A DNA stretch of 34,827 nt from Chiloscyllium plagiosum (Eukaryota), in the NCBI RefSeq assembly GCF_004010195.1, contig NC_057746.1, forward strand, positions 33,154,597 to 33,189,423, written 5' to 3'. The notes below the pieces were generated by a model, which ran no database searches, was not told the origin of the DNA, and was given only the letters and a program-made list of their open reading frames with translations. Made by a program: the position numbers and the translations under genes. Shown in pieces: positions 19,960-31,972 of the stretch; the first letter of the stretch is position 1; each line of letters starts with the position of its first letter.

Positions 19960-20560
19960 TGAACCCTGTCCCAGCCAAGCATGGAGGTTATAGGAATTTT
20001 GTGTGGAATGTCTGTAGACCCCGAAGTCTGTTCCTTGATAACCCTGTCCTGCTGCAATATTCAGAACAACATCATAGCAGGACTGTCGATAACCTCCTGG
20101 TCAACAGCGAACACCTGGTGGTCCCATGGCACATTCACCAGGAGATCCACCAGAGAGATCTGGGCTATTTCCAGGTACTGGCCCACAGTCCAGCAATCTG
20201 CACAGTGACCAGGTATCTCCAGGAACATCCATGGCTGGGTATAGAGACGGGAGCAGGAAGACCAGCCTCTGTCCTCCTCCTTTCTGGTCATGTCCTACAA
20301 CACTTGGGCATCAACTGGCTTGTGTTCAAGAGAATGATTGTTCTCCTATTGGCCAGTTATGCCTCCCGATAGATTGAGGGACCCAAATGGGAAACCTTCC
20401 TGAAGACCATGTTCTCCACATGTGGAATCCTGGCTGGTGACCCACACTTGACCAGTGAGTGTTGCCCATCCTGGGGAGCCTCTAGATTACAAGTTCACTC
20501 TATTATACTCAAGCGTTAAACAGGATTGTTTAGTTTTGATTATGCAGAGCCCAACATTAA
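19960..20560 (+). mobile_element. Degenerate Ty3/Gypsy LTR-retrotransposon integrase region
   Basis: Across frames: TVDNLLVNSEHLVVPWHIHQEIHQRDLG / ISRYWPTVQQSAQ*PGISRNI / LQHLGINWLVFKRMIVLLLASYASR*IE / LKTMFSTCGI / ITSSLYYTQA, in the order expected for the zinc-binding and core integrase motifs. Confidence 0.65.
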
Positions 20561-21242
20561 ACTGGAAACATAAACTCTGTGGTTCTCACCAACCATTGTG
20601 TGTAGGCCAGGCACAGGAATTACAAGTCATTGGAAAGAGCATTTTCAACCTTCTTTATTGAAATCTGGGGGATAAATGGAGCCTGAGGGTTATTGAAATA
20701 TTCTCTCTGGTACCCCACTCAATGGGAATATCTGTCTTTAACAGAGCAGAACATGCGAGAGGGCACCGGAGGCTAAAACTGAAGGGAGACCCTGGACTGG
20801 ATTGTTTTCCAAGAGAGCTAGTATGATTTCAAAAGACTGAATGGCCTTACCTCTGCAACTAAGGACTCTTAAGACTTAGACTACACGAGCCTTGGATGAG
20901 GATGTTAGCTAAATGCAAAAGCACAGGACGGTTTACCTTTATCTTCGTTATTCACGGCTACCAGAGACTGAAAAGGGCTTTACAGACAATGCAATCTCCT
21001 ACTGAACACACTGCTGTTTACACCCGACACTCTGCCCAGAACCTGGGCAAACAAGACTCGGCTCCTTACTCTGTCTGGTGTAACATGAGAGAACAAGCTG
21101 CCTCACATGTTGTTTTCTAACCCTGCTGACTGCCAGAGGGGTTAAAGTGTTGGCTCTGGAAAACAGACTCTGCTTTCAATTCTGAGCTAATTCCCGAGGG
21201 TGGGAGGGTATATGGTGAGGGCGAGGGTGAGGGTGGGGGTGG

Positions 21243-21452
21243 NNNNNNNNNNNNNNNNNNNNNNNNNNNNNNNNNNNNNNNNNNNNNNNNNNNNNNNNNN
21301 NNNNNNNNNNNNNNNNNNNNNNNNNNNNNNNNNNNNNNNNNNNNNNNNNNNNNNNNNNNNNNNNNNNNNNNNNNNNNNNNNNNNNNNNNNNNNNNNNNNN
21401 NNNNNNNNNNNNNNNNNNNNNNNNNNNNNNNNNNNNNNNNNNNNNNNNNNNN
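21243..21452. other. Assembly gap (210 N) flanked by G-rich repeats
   Basis: Run of N with GGTGAG/GGA-rich flanks. Confidence 1.
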
Positions 21453-22134
21453 GGAGAGGCGGAATGATGGCGGAGGTGGTTAGGGGGAGTGTGGAGGGGC
21501 AAGGTGGGAACTGCAGTCCTTCCCCCAATCCATCCAGTAGCAGCAATGAGAAATGAGCATTCAGTAAGAACAGGGTCCCGGGGTGAGCTGGCAGTGAGCA
21601 GAGAGCTGGAAACACAGCTTCACCTGTGAGTGTCACTGAGAGGAGAAACATTTCCATCTGCTCACAACAGATAGTCCCAGGGCTCATTACAATTAACCAG
21701 AGAGGTCAGGACCAGACCGACTCACAGACAGTAAGATAACCCTTAGAAAAACATCTTGAAATGCTGCTATTAACCCCCAGCATCCCGGAATAGCAGTACT
21801 GCAAGATGGTCATTGTTACTCCTTTCACACAACTAATTTGCCCCAAACAAAAACGATGTAGCAAGTTTATTTACAGAGTTTCATACACTCCTTTAATGTG
21901 CCTCCCCCATGTCATCTGTTCACTTTTCCCTGGGTGCACATCAAGTCCAAAGCAATCCCGCACAGTGAGCATGGATCAGTGACCAGCCTCAGAACAGTTG
22001 AACCGTTGGAAACCAAAGCCCTTGCCTCATTCGGGGGAGGGGGTGTTTGAGGCCTCCAGGAGGTGGGTTGTTTGGAGGTTTATGTGATCCCTGGACATTT
22101 CCAATGAGGTGTCTCAATATGTCCAGTGTCTTCT

Positions 22135-23636
22135 TGATATTAAGGAAGTGGATGTGCTGGAAAGTCTGAGAAGCATCAAGATAGATAAGTTCCCAGGGCC
22201 AATCCAGACATAACCAGCGTTACTACGGGAAGGGAGGAGTGAGATTGCTGCATCTCTGGCGATGATCCTCACTCTCCACGGGAGTAATACTGGATGGTTG
22301 GAGGGAGGCGAATGTTGTTCCTCTCTTCAAGAAAACATAGTTTGATTAAAGATTATTTGCATGGCTTTGTGAGGGGCAGGTTGTGCCACCCAAGCCTTAT
22401 TGAGTTCTTTGAGAATGTGACGAGACATGTAGATAAAGGTCAAGCAGTGGGTGTGGTGTATTTGGATTTCAGTCAGGCAATTGATAAGGTTCCCCATGGT
22501 AGGCTCATTCAGAAAGTTAGGAGGTATGGGATAAAGAAAAGTTGGCTGTCTGGATGCAGAATTGGCTGTCTGAAAGAAGGCAGCAAGTGGTAGTGGATGG
22601 AAAGTATACCGCCTGGAGGTCAGTGACCAGAGGTGTCCTGCAGTGATCTGTTCTTGGGCCTCTGGTCTTTGTAGTTTTTATAAATGACTTGGATGAAGAA
22701 TTGTAAGGGTGCGTTGGTAAGTTTAGTGATGATACAAAGGTCGGTGGTGTTGTAGATAATTTCAAGGGCTGTTGCAGGCTACAACGAGACATTGACAGGT
22801 TGCAGAACTGGGCTGAGAAGTGGCAGATGGAGCTCAACCTGGATTAATGTGAAGTGATTCATTCTGGAAATTCGAATTTGAATGCTGAATACAGGGTTAA
22901 AGGCAGGATTCTTGGCAGTGTGGAGGAACAGAAGGATCTTCAGGTCCATGTACATAGATCCCTCAAGGTTGCCGCCCAAGTTGATCGGGTTGTTAAGAAG
23001 GAGTATGGTGTTTTGGCATTCATTAACAGGGGGATTGAGTTTAAGAGCTGTGAGAATTTGCTGCAGCTCTATAAAACCCTGGTTAGACCACACTGGAATA
23101 TTGTATCCAGTTCTGGTCACCTCATTATAGAAAAGATGTAGATGCTTTAGACAGGGCGCAGAGGAGATTTGCCAAGATGCTGCCTGGATACGAGGACTTG
23201 TCTTATGAAGAGAGGTTGAATAAACTAGGGCTTTTCACACTGGAGAGAAGAAGGAAAAGAGGTGACTTGATGGAGGTTTATAAGGTCTATATATATTATA
23301 AGGAGAGGCATAGATAGAGTAGATGGTCAGAAACTTTTCCCCAGGGCAGAAAAAGGGCTGTCAGGAGGGGTCATAATTTTAAGGTGATTGGAGGAAGGTT
23401 TTGGGGAGATGTCAGAGGTAGGTTCTTTACACAGAGAGTGGTGGGTGTGTGGAATGCACTGCCAGCAGTGGTAGTAGAGTCAGATACGTTAGGAACATTT
23501 AAGCGACTGCTGGCCAAGCACATGGATGGCAGTAAATTGAGGGGTGTGTAAGTTAGGCTGATCTTAGATTAAAATAAATGCACGGCACAACATGGTGGGC
23601 CGAACGCTGTACTGTTCTATGTTCTATGTTCTATGA
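22135..23636 (+). mobile_element. CR1 LINE, RT domain to 3' tail, inactivated
   Basis: HGFVRGRLCHPSLIEFFE...VYLDFSQAIDKVPHGRL...LYKTLVRPH; tail (TTCTATG)n. Contains stops and deletions. Confidence 0.92.
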
Positions 23637-23691
23637 GCCTTCACATTTCGGTTGGCTAGGAATGACTGTAAGTCAATGGGGTATTGGTCAC

Positions 23692-23998
23692 TTCATAGAA
23701 TCCCTACAGCGCAGACAGAGGCAATTCAGCCCATCAAATCTGCACCAACCCTCCAAAGAGAGTCTCACCCAGACCCAGACAGCTGTTGCCCTGCATTTCC
23801 CATGGCTAACCCACCTCACCTGCACATTCCTGGTCACGATGGGTAATTTAGCATGGCCAATTCATCTAATCTGCGCATCTTTGGTTCTGTGGGAGGAAAC
23901 CACGCAGACACAGGGAGAACGTGCAAACATCAGACAGACAGTCGCCCAAGCTCCCTGATGTTGTAAGGTAGCAGTGTTAACTACTGAATCACCTTGCT
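23692..23998 (-). mobile_element. HE1/V-SINE-like tRNA SINE
   Basis: Complete layout homologous to 10737-11242. Confidence 0.75.
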
Positions 23999-24365
23999 TC
24001 ACAGTGATCTAGTTATTACTAAATGTTAAACAATTGCTGAACAATCACATACAGACACATTCATATATACATAAACACACATTTTTCTGAACATACACAC
24101 TAACCCACCCACAAATATTTATTTACACACACTCTCTCACGTACACATACTCTCACAGACTTTCTCTCTCACACCCTCTCACCCATACACACGCACTCTC
24201 TCTCCCCCTCTGCTGACTGGTTTCCTGTATGCTGAGAGAATGTGTTGTCCTGTTTTGTGACTGTGCCACTCTGTCAATGATCTTTACAGTCCCATATACA
24301 GACTGGAGCCATGTTCTAACAGCTGAGGGAGATTACAACCCCTCACCCAATGCAGCTGTCCCTCA

Positions 24366-24486
24366 GTCAAAAATCACACAACACCAGGTTATAGCCCAAC
24401 AGGTCTATTTGGAAGCACTAGCTTTTGGAACGCTGCTCCTTCATCAAATGGGTGTGGAGAATAAGATTGTAAGACTCAGGATTTGT
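24366..24486 (-). mobile_element. Penelope family A pLTR fragment with decayed hammerhead
   Basis: Minus strand CAT-TTGATGA-A-GGAGC(AGC)GTTCC-AAAA-GCTA-GTG at 24450-24416, plus the family arm. Confidence 0.7.
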
Positions 24487-24489
24487 CAC

Positions 24490-24670
24490 AATTCATTTAA
24501 CTTGCACATCTTCAGACTGTGGGAGGAAACCAGAGCACCCAGAGGAAACCCACACAGACATGAGGAGAATGTGCAAACTCTACATGGACAGTCACCTGAG
24601 GCTGGAATTGAACTCGGGTCCCTGGCATTGTAAGGCAGCAGTGCTAACCACTGAGCCATCATGGTGTCCG
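24490..24670 (-). mobile_element. HE1/V-SINE-like 5' half
   Basis: TGGCTCAGTGGTTAGCACTGCTGCCT (A box) ... GAGTTCAATTCC (B box). Confidence 0.8.
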
Positions 24671-24683
24671 CAACGATGAAGGA

Positions 24684-24815
24684 TGTTCTCCCTGTTGCTC
24701 TGGCAAATATTCATCCTACAAGCAACAGCACATAAAAACACATGATTTACTTGTGTGATCTTGCTATGCCTGCGCTGTTTATCCTGTTGCCTTTGGTGTG
24801 AGGCACTTCAGACAG
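24684..24815 (+). mobile_element. Deu-domain SINE-like remnant
   Basis: GTTCTCCCTGTTGCTCTGGCAAATATTCATCC...GTGATCTTGCTATGC resembles the DeuSINE core as I recall it; degenerate. Confidence 0.4.
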
Positions 24816-25324
24816 ACTCCATCATCTGTAGGAGGGTGTTTGCAGCAACCTGTTGTCATGCCAGAACCCCAAGTCGCTCTGCTCTTCCGCGAACAGAGTT
24901 ACTACATTCGCTGTACTCTCAGGAGCATCCACTTGGAGAACAGTCTGAGCACGTGGTACTTTTGCAATGGGAAGTTGCTCGCAGTGGGAATGGTGATGGG
25001 GAATTTTTGAAACTTATCCAGTCATGCCATGGACCAGAAAATCCAAATATATTACTCATCCTATTTTCTGGCAAGGAACTGAGTGACTGAGTGGAAAAAT
25101 GAATTTTTGGAAGATTTACAAGCTCCCACATACAAATTTGACCTGCCTATTCTTTCTCCCGCCCCCGGCTTTCTCTCTCTCTCTCCCTCTCTCTCTCTCT
25201 TTCCTCTTTCCAGTAGGCACTACCTGCTCAAGACTGATCTGGCTTAGCCAGGATTCCTGGGGGATGCTTTAACACGGACACAGCTGCTGTGAAGTGGTCC
25301 CTGATGGAGGCTTCTCTTCCTGAC

Positions 25325-25735
25325 TGGACAGGAGTAGGCCATTCTGCCCATCTAACCTGCCCTGCCATTCAACACAACTCTGGCTGATTCATTTGTTACC
25401 TATCCCATTCCCATAACCCTGTCCACCACTGGCAAGCAGTAAATCCCATTCAATTCTTTACCTTAAACATGCTCAAACATAAACTGATCTCCTACTGCCC
25501 TCGAGAGAGAATCCAGAAGGATCATGAGCCTCTGAGTAAATATCTCTGACCTCGGTGGCATCATCCCCTTTATGTTTTAGTTGTGTTCCTGTCTCATAGC
25601 CAGAGGAACATCTCACCTCGTATCCTTCGTCTATCCATTTCAATATTTTGTCAACGAGGTCACCTCTCATCTGCCAACCTGCTGGAGACGAGAAGCTCAG
25701 TTTGCTCAGTCTCTATGCACAGGATAGTCCTGGGG
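25325..25735 (-). mobile_element. Degenerate CR1 3' end
   Basis: Reversed tail AGGAGTAGGCCATTC; RGDLVDKILKWID motif. Confidence 0.6.
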
Positions 25736-25756
25736 ATGCGGCTCAGAAACCATAAG

Positions 25757-26002
25757 GGGAGGTGATGACTTTGTATTATTATTGCTGGGCTGTTAATCCA
25801 GAGACCCAGGAGATGGAATTTAAATTCAATTTTAAAAAACTGGAGTCTAATAATGAAATGATTGTCGTTTAAAATCTGTCAGGTTCACTAATGTCCTTTC
25901 AGGATGGAAACGGCCTGGTCTGGCCTACATGTGACTCCAGACCCACAGCAATGTGGTTGACTCTTAACTCCCCTCAGGGCATCCCGTGACTGAATGACAA
26001 AG
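25757..26002 (+). mobile_element. SINE (tRNA-like head, LINE-like tail), most complete copy of its family here
   Basis: ...TAATCCAGAGACCCAGG...CCTGGTCTGGCCTACATGTGACTCCAGACCCACAGCAATGTGGTTGACTCTTAAC; at least four partial copies in the window. Confidence 0.6.
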
Positions 26003-26629
26003 AAGCTTCCATTACACTCCCCCTGCCTTAAAATATAATTCCTGAGGTAAGGAGATAAAATTGCAGACAATATGCTGAGGATTGACCTTTGCCCCCTGCT
26101 CATTCTCATCCATGTGCTGCCCACCTCACCTTGCACAAGGTGAGGGGGTCACTAGGTGAGGATGCACAAGTTGAGGAGGTGCATGCGAGGGTCAAGAGAT
26201 GAGGGGTGGATGAGGGGGTCCAGGAATCAGGAGGAATCCTTTCCCTTTTGTGGTGGAGAACTCAAGCCTGAAGGTTAAAGCTGGAACAGGGAGGTGATTA
26301 CAGCAACAACACTGCAGCCAGTTCCAGGCAGAACATTGCAGGAAGGAGGGACCTCACTCGAGTGAGGGGGGAACAGAACAAATTCCTAAGGATATCAACA
26401 GGAACAGAGAGAGTTTTAATCTGGGGGGAGGTCAGCTCAGTGAGGTTCGAGAGGCTGAGGCGAGGTTTACCAAGCGCTCGATAAAGTGTTAATGAAGGTG
26501 GGTAGAGTGGAAGTGCCTACACCTCTTGGCAGAAAGGTCAGGGGTCAGAGATTTAAAATGGTGGGTGGGAAGATTAGAGAGAGGTCCCTCCCTGATGTAG
26601 AGGGATTGCCAAATGTGCAAAGGCTAAAC

Positions 26630-27360
26630 CAGTTGGGTCTTCACTGGAGTTTCGAAGAATGAGAGGTGATCTCAGTGAAACATATAGGAATCTTAAGGGG
26701 CTTGACAGGTTAAGAGGATGGTCCCCTCATGGGAGAGGATAAAGGGATGCCAATTTAAGACTGAGATGAGGAGGAATTTCTTCTCTCAGAGGGGTTGAGA
26801 GTCTTTGGAACTCCTTGCCACAGACTGCTCTGGGGACAGAGTCCTTATGGCTGAGACATAAAGTCATAGAGATGTACAGCATGGAAACAGACCCTTCGGT
26901 CCAACTCGTCCATGCCGACCAGATATCCTAAATTAATCTAGCCTCATTTGCCAACACTTGGCCCAGGTCCCTCTAAACCCTTTCTATTCATCTACCCATC
27001 CAGATGCCTTTTAAATGTTGTAATTGTACCAGCCTCCACCACTTTCTCTGGCAGCTCATTCCATGCACCCACCACCCTCTGAGTGAAAAAAGTGCCTCTT
27101 AGGTCCCTTTTAAATCTTTCCCCTCTTCCCTTAAAACTGTGCCCTCTATTTTTCAAATCCCCTACCCTGGGAAAAGACCTTGACTATTTACCCTAACAAT
27201 GCCCCTCATGTTTTTATAAACCTCTATAAGGTCAACCCTCAGTCTCTGACAGAGAGATCCTTGATCAGTCGGGAAACCAATGGTTACAGGGAAAAGTGGA
27301 CATGAGGAATACCGGACCAGCCATGATCCTTTGGATTAGCGAAGCAGAATTCTTATAGTC
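26630..27360 (+). mobile_element. CR1 3' end (+) with a nested CR1 3' end (-) at ~26862-27250
   Basis: CTGGAGTTTCGAAGAATGAGAGGTGATCTC (LEFRRMRGDL) resumes after an inverted copy closely similar to 4470-4848. Confidence 0.75.
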
Positions 27361-27619
27361 TAAAATTGAGAATTTCTCTCTCCCAGGGATTGATAGGGGT
27401 CAGGAACTCACTGTCTGAAAGGATGAAAAAGAAACCTCAGTGCATTTAAAAACAACATACTCAGATACTCACCTAAAGTGCTGTGAACTACACAGCTCCA
27501 GAACAGGAGCTGAATGATGGGATGAGACTGGTTGTTTTATCGAACATAGCAGATAATAAAGGGACGAATGCTTCCTCCTGTGCTGTCATCCTTTTATGTT
27601 GCCATCTGTTATTGAACCG

Positions 27620-27850
27620 CTCACTTATTTCCATTTCCTTCCCTTCAGCAGAGAGAGGCCATCCCAAACCCTGGAATTCCCTCCCTACTCCCCTCTGCCT
27701 CTCCTGCCTTTTCTCCTTGACATTGCTCCCTTGAAACCCCAATGTTTGACCAAGGTTTTATACTCAGCATGATAATCCATTTGATAATGCTCCCATAAAA
27801 TGCTTTGGGGCATTTTTACTCTTTCAGTGGTGCTAGATGAATACAAGAGT
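27620..27850 (+). mobile_element. L2-like 3' end
   Basis: CCCTGGAATTCCCTCCCT...TTTGACCAAGGTTTT...AAATGCTTTGGGGCATTTT...GGTGCTAGATGAATACAAG. Confidence 0.45.
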
Positions 27851-27881
27851 ATTCATTCATTTAAATGAATAGTGATCATTT

Positions 27882-28622
27882 AAAGTTAAACATCACACAA
27901 CACCAGCTTATAGTCCAACAGGTTTATTTGGAAGGACAAGCTTTCAAAGTATTGATCCTTCATGAAGGAGCTAGTGGGGCAGGATCATAAGACACAGAAT
28001 TTATAGTAAAGGATCAAAGTGTCATACAACTGATATGATGTATTGAACAAATCTAGATTGCTGTTAAGTCTTTAATCACTTAGGATGGGAATACAGGTTT
28101 CGACTGGTTAATATGTAAATCCCACAATTTCTTTCAAAGGACAGTCCTGAGATAACTGAAGATTTTATTTAAAAAATAGGTGATATCTCCAGCTCAGACA
28201 ATGCATTAAAGGTGTGATACAGTTGATAAAAGTTGGGATACAGAGAGACTCTAACCTCACATCTTTAATTAATTATCTGAGATGAGATGTCACTTTTTTT
28301 AATAAAACCTTCAGTTATCTCAGGACTGTAATGTGAAAGAAATTCTGGGATTTACATATTAGTCGATGGAAACCCTCATCCCCATTCTAAGTGATTAAAG
28401 ACTTATCAGCAATCTAGGTTTGTTCAAGACATCACATCAGTTGTATGAAACTTTGATAGTTTACTATAAATTCTGTTTCTTATGATCCTGCCCGACAGCT
28501 ACCTGACGAAGGAGCAGTGCTCCAAAAGTTCCTATTTTCAAATAAACCTGTCGGACTATAACCTGGTGTTGTGTGGTCTTTAACTTTGTACACCCCAGTC
28601 CAACACCAGCACCTCCACATTA
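27882..28622. mobile_element. ~740-bp Penelope-derived inverted-repeat element (family A-related)
   Basis: Imperfect inverted arms at ~27882-28217 and ~28257-28587 with a 39-bp spacer. Family tail at 28588-28622. Decayed hammerhead in each arm (e.g. CTGACGA-A-GGAGC-AGT-GCTCC-AAAA at 28503-28527). Confidence 0.8.
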
Positions 28623-28867
28623 TCACAGTGACGGGAATTACAGTGTGCAATAGCGCCACCTGGGAGCAAAGGGTAGGACTTTCACTAACTTGCTCAAAAA
28701 TCCCTGAAAGAAAGCGTCTTGCATTTAGACACAGCTTTTCAAAGCCTTTTGTCTGTTTTTGTGTTCTTTTTCTCCCCCAAAACAGAGTTACCTCTCTTCT
28801 AAATGGCCAATAGATGTGGTAGATGCAGCTTATTGAAAACTCGAAGGTAGGTTTGTCCACCAGCTGG

Positions 28868-31800
28868 ATAGAACATAGAACAGAGAAAAGTACAGCACAG
28901 AACAGGCCTTTTGGCCCACAATGTTGTGCCGAGATTTAATCCTAATGTAAAATATAGTAACAACCTACATACCCCTCAACTCACTGCTATATATGTGCAT
29001 GTCCAGCAGTCACTTAAATATCCCCAATGACTCTGCTTCCAACACCACCGGTTGGAACACATTCCATGCATTCACAACTCTCTGCGTAAAGAACTTACCT
29101 CTGATATCTCCTTTATAACTTCCTCCTAATATCTTCAAACTATGACTTCTCGTACCAGTCAATCCTGCCCTGGGGAAATATCTCTGGCTATTGACTCTAT
29201 CTATTCCTCTCATTATCTTGTACACCTCGATCAGGTCTCCTCTCTTCCTCCTTCTCTCCAGAGAGAAAAGTCCGAGCTTATTCAATCTTTCTTCATAAGG
29301 CAAGCCGTCCAGTCCATGCAGCATCCTGGTAAACCTTCTTTGCACCCTCTCCAAAGCCTCTGTATCTTTCCTATAGTAGGGCGACCAGAACTGGACACAA
29401 TATTCCAAGTGTGGCCTCACCAGGGACTTCTAGAGCTGCAGCAAAACCTCACGGCTCTTAAACTCTATTCCCCCTGTTGATGAAAGCCAAAACACCATAT
29501 GCTTTCTTAACAACCCTATCCACCTGGGTGGCAACTTTGAGGGATCTATGTACTTGCACACTAAGATCCCTCTGTTCCTCCACACTGCCAAGATTCCTGT
29601 CTTTAATCCTTTATTCAGCATTCGAGTTCGACCTTCCAAAATGCATCACTTCGCATTTATCCAGGTTGAACGCCATTTGCCATTTCTCAGCCCAGCTCTG
29701 CAGCCTGCAGTAGCCCTCTATACTATCGACGACACCTCCAACCTTTGTGTCATCTGCAAATTTACTAACCCACCCCTCAACCTCCTCATCCAAGTCATTT
29801 ATAAAAACTACAAAGAGCAGAGGCCCAAGTACAGAGCCCTGCAGGACCCCATTCAACACTGTCTTCCAGGTAGAATACTTTCCATCTACAACCACTCTCT
29901 GCCTTCTGTCAGCCAGCCAATTCTGAATCCAGATAGCCAAAACTCCCTGTATCCCATACTTCCTCACTTTATGAATGAGCCTACCATGGGGAACCCTATC
30001 AAATGCCTTGCTGAAGTCCATATATACCACATCCACTGCTCGACCATCATCGACCTGATTGACACCTCCTCAAAGAACGCAATAAGGTTTGTGAGGCATG
30101 ACCTGCCCCTCACAAAGCCATGCTGACTGCCTTTAATCACGCTATGCTTTGTCAAACAGTCATAAATCCTATCCCTCAGAATTCTTTCCAAAACTTTGCT
30201 GACCACAGACGTAAGACTGACTGGTCTGTAATTGCCAGGGATTTCCCTATTACCCTTCTTGAAAAAAGAGAACAACATTCGCCTCCTTCCAATCCTCTGG
30301 TATGACTCCCATGGAGAGTCAGGAGGCAAATATCCGCGCCAGTGGCTTAGCAACCTCCTTTCTCGCTTCCCGGAGCAGCCTAGGATAAATCTGGTCTGGC
30401 CCTGGGGACTTATCAATCTTAATGTTATCCAAGATTTCTAGCACATCAACTTCATCAATCTTGATCTGTTCAAGACCGTATCCCAGCTTCTCTAAGTTTT
30501 CATTTACAACAAGTTCCCTTTCCTCGGTGAAAACCAAAGCAAAAAACTCATTTAGGGCTTCCCCTATCTGTTCAGACTCCACGCACAAGTTCCCTACACT
30601 ATCCCTGATCGGCCCTACCTTCTCCCTGATCATTATCTTATTCCTCACGTATTAGTAAAACGCCTTAGGGGGTCTCCCTAATCCTTCTTGCCAAGCCTTT
30701 TTCATGCCCCCTCCTGGCTCTCCTCAGTCCATTTCTGAGCTCCTTTCTAGCAAGCCTGTAATCCTCTAAAGCTGTACTAGGTCCTTGCTTCCTCCACCTT
30801 ACATAAGCTGTCTTCTTCCTTTTGACGAGAAGCTCCTCTGTTCTCGTCATTCAAGGCTCCTTAATCTTACCCATTCTTACCTGCCTCAGAGGAACAAATT
30901 TGTGCATCACTTGCAACAACTGCTCCTTAAATAGTGTCCACATGTCTGCTGTGCCCTTTCTGTGGGACAATTGCTCCCAGTCTGTACTTCCCAACTCCTG
31001 TCTGATAGCGTCATAATTTCCTTTTCCCCACTTGAATATCTTCCCTCGGTAACTGCTCCTTTCCCTCTCCTAGGCTATGGTAAATGTGAGATAGCTGTGA
31101 TCACTGTCACCAAAGTGTTCTCCCACCAAGAAATCTGACACTTGTCCTGGCTCGTTGCCGAGCACCAAATCCAAATGGCCTCTCCCCTTGTCGGTCTATC
31201 AATATAATGAGTAAGGAAACACTCCTGAACACATCTAACAAAATTGGCTCCATCCAGAGCATCTACACTTAGGAGTTTCCAGTTGATATTGGGAAAGTTG
31301 AAATCACCCAGAACAACAACCCTGCCACTTTTGCATTTTTCCAGAATCTGCCCGCCTATGAGATCTTCAATCTCTCTATTGCTATTAGGTGGTCTGTAGA
31401 AAACCCCCAATGCGGTGGCTGTTGCCTTGCTGTTCCTAACTTCCACCCATACTGACTCAGTAAACAAACCTTCCTCAACAACCTTCGTTTCTGTAGCTGT
31501 GATGTCCTCTCTGATTAGCAATGCTACACCACCGCCCCCCGCCCCCCCCCCCTCTCTTTTTCCACCCTCCCTGTTCTTTTTAAATGTTCTAAACCCTGGA
31601 ACATCAAGCAACCATTCTTGCCCCAGTGAAATCCACGTCTCCATTATGGCCACAACATTATAGTCCCAAGCACTGATCCATGCTCTAAGTTCGTCACTCT
31701 TATTTCGGACACTCCTTGCATTAAAGCAGACACACTCTTTGTTTCATCGCGTGAGAAACCTTCCTTTTAGATTCAATATATCCTGTCACTGTCATGTCTG

Positions 31801-31972
31801 CAACTGAACCCCTCTCAGACATATGGCTCTGATTCCTGCCAAATTTGGCACCCCCCTGCCAAATTAGTTTAAACCCCTCCGAACCACATGAGCAAATCTC
31901 CCACCCAGGACATTTGTACCCCTCCAGTTCAGGTGCAAATCCGTCCTTCATGTACAGATCCCATCTCTCACC
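28868..31972 (-). mobile_element. Long CR1 LINE: ORF1 esterase end, ORF2 endonuclease + RT, 3' tail; inactivated
   Basis: RWDLYMKDG (ORF1 end); METW...GVALL...FYRPP...LGDFNFP (APE endonuclease); NYRPVSLTSVV, YMDFSKAFD, QGSVLGPLLF, FADD (RT); tail (TTCTATG)n. Multiple frameshifts and stops. Confidence 0.95.

Noticed and set aside
27855-27870. 16-bp perfect palindrome ATTCATTTAAATGAAT
   Set aside because: AT-rich, isolated and between repeats; compatible with chance.
29548-30126. 192-aa plus-strand ORF as a novel gene
   Set aside because: Antisense shadow of the CR1 reverse transcriptase.
22135-30480. Composite transposon bounded by inverted CR1 copies
   Set aside because: Two diverged copies of an abundant LINE family with different truncation points and no shared TSD.
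28868-31972. Active autonomous LINE
   Set aside because: ORF2 is broken by several frameshifts and stops, and most of ORF1 is missing.
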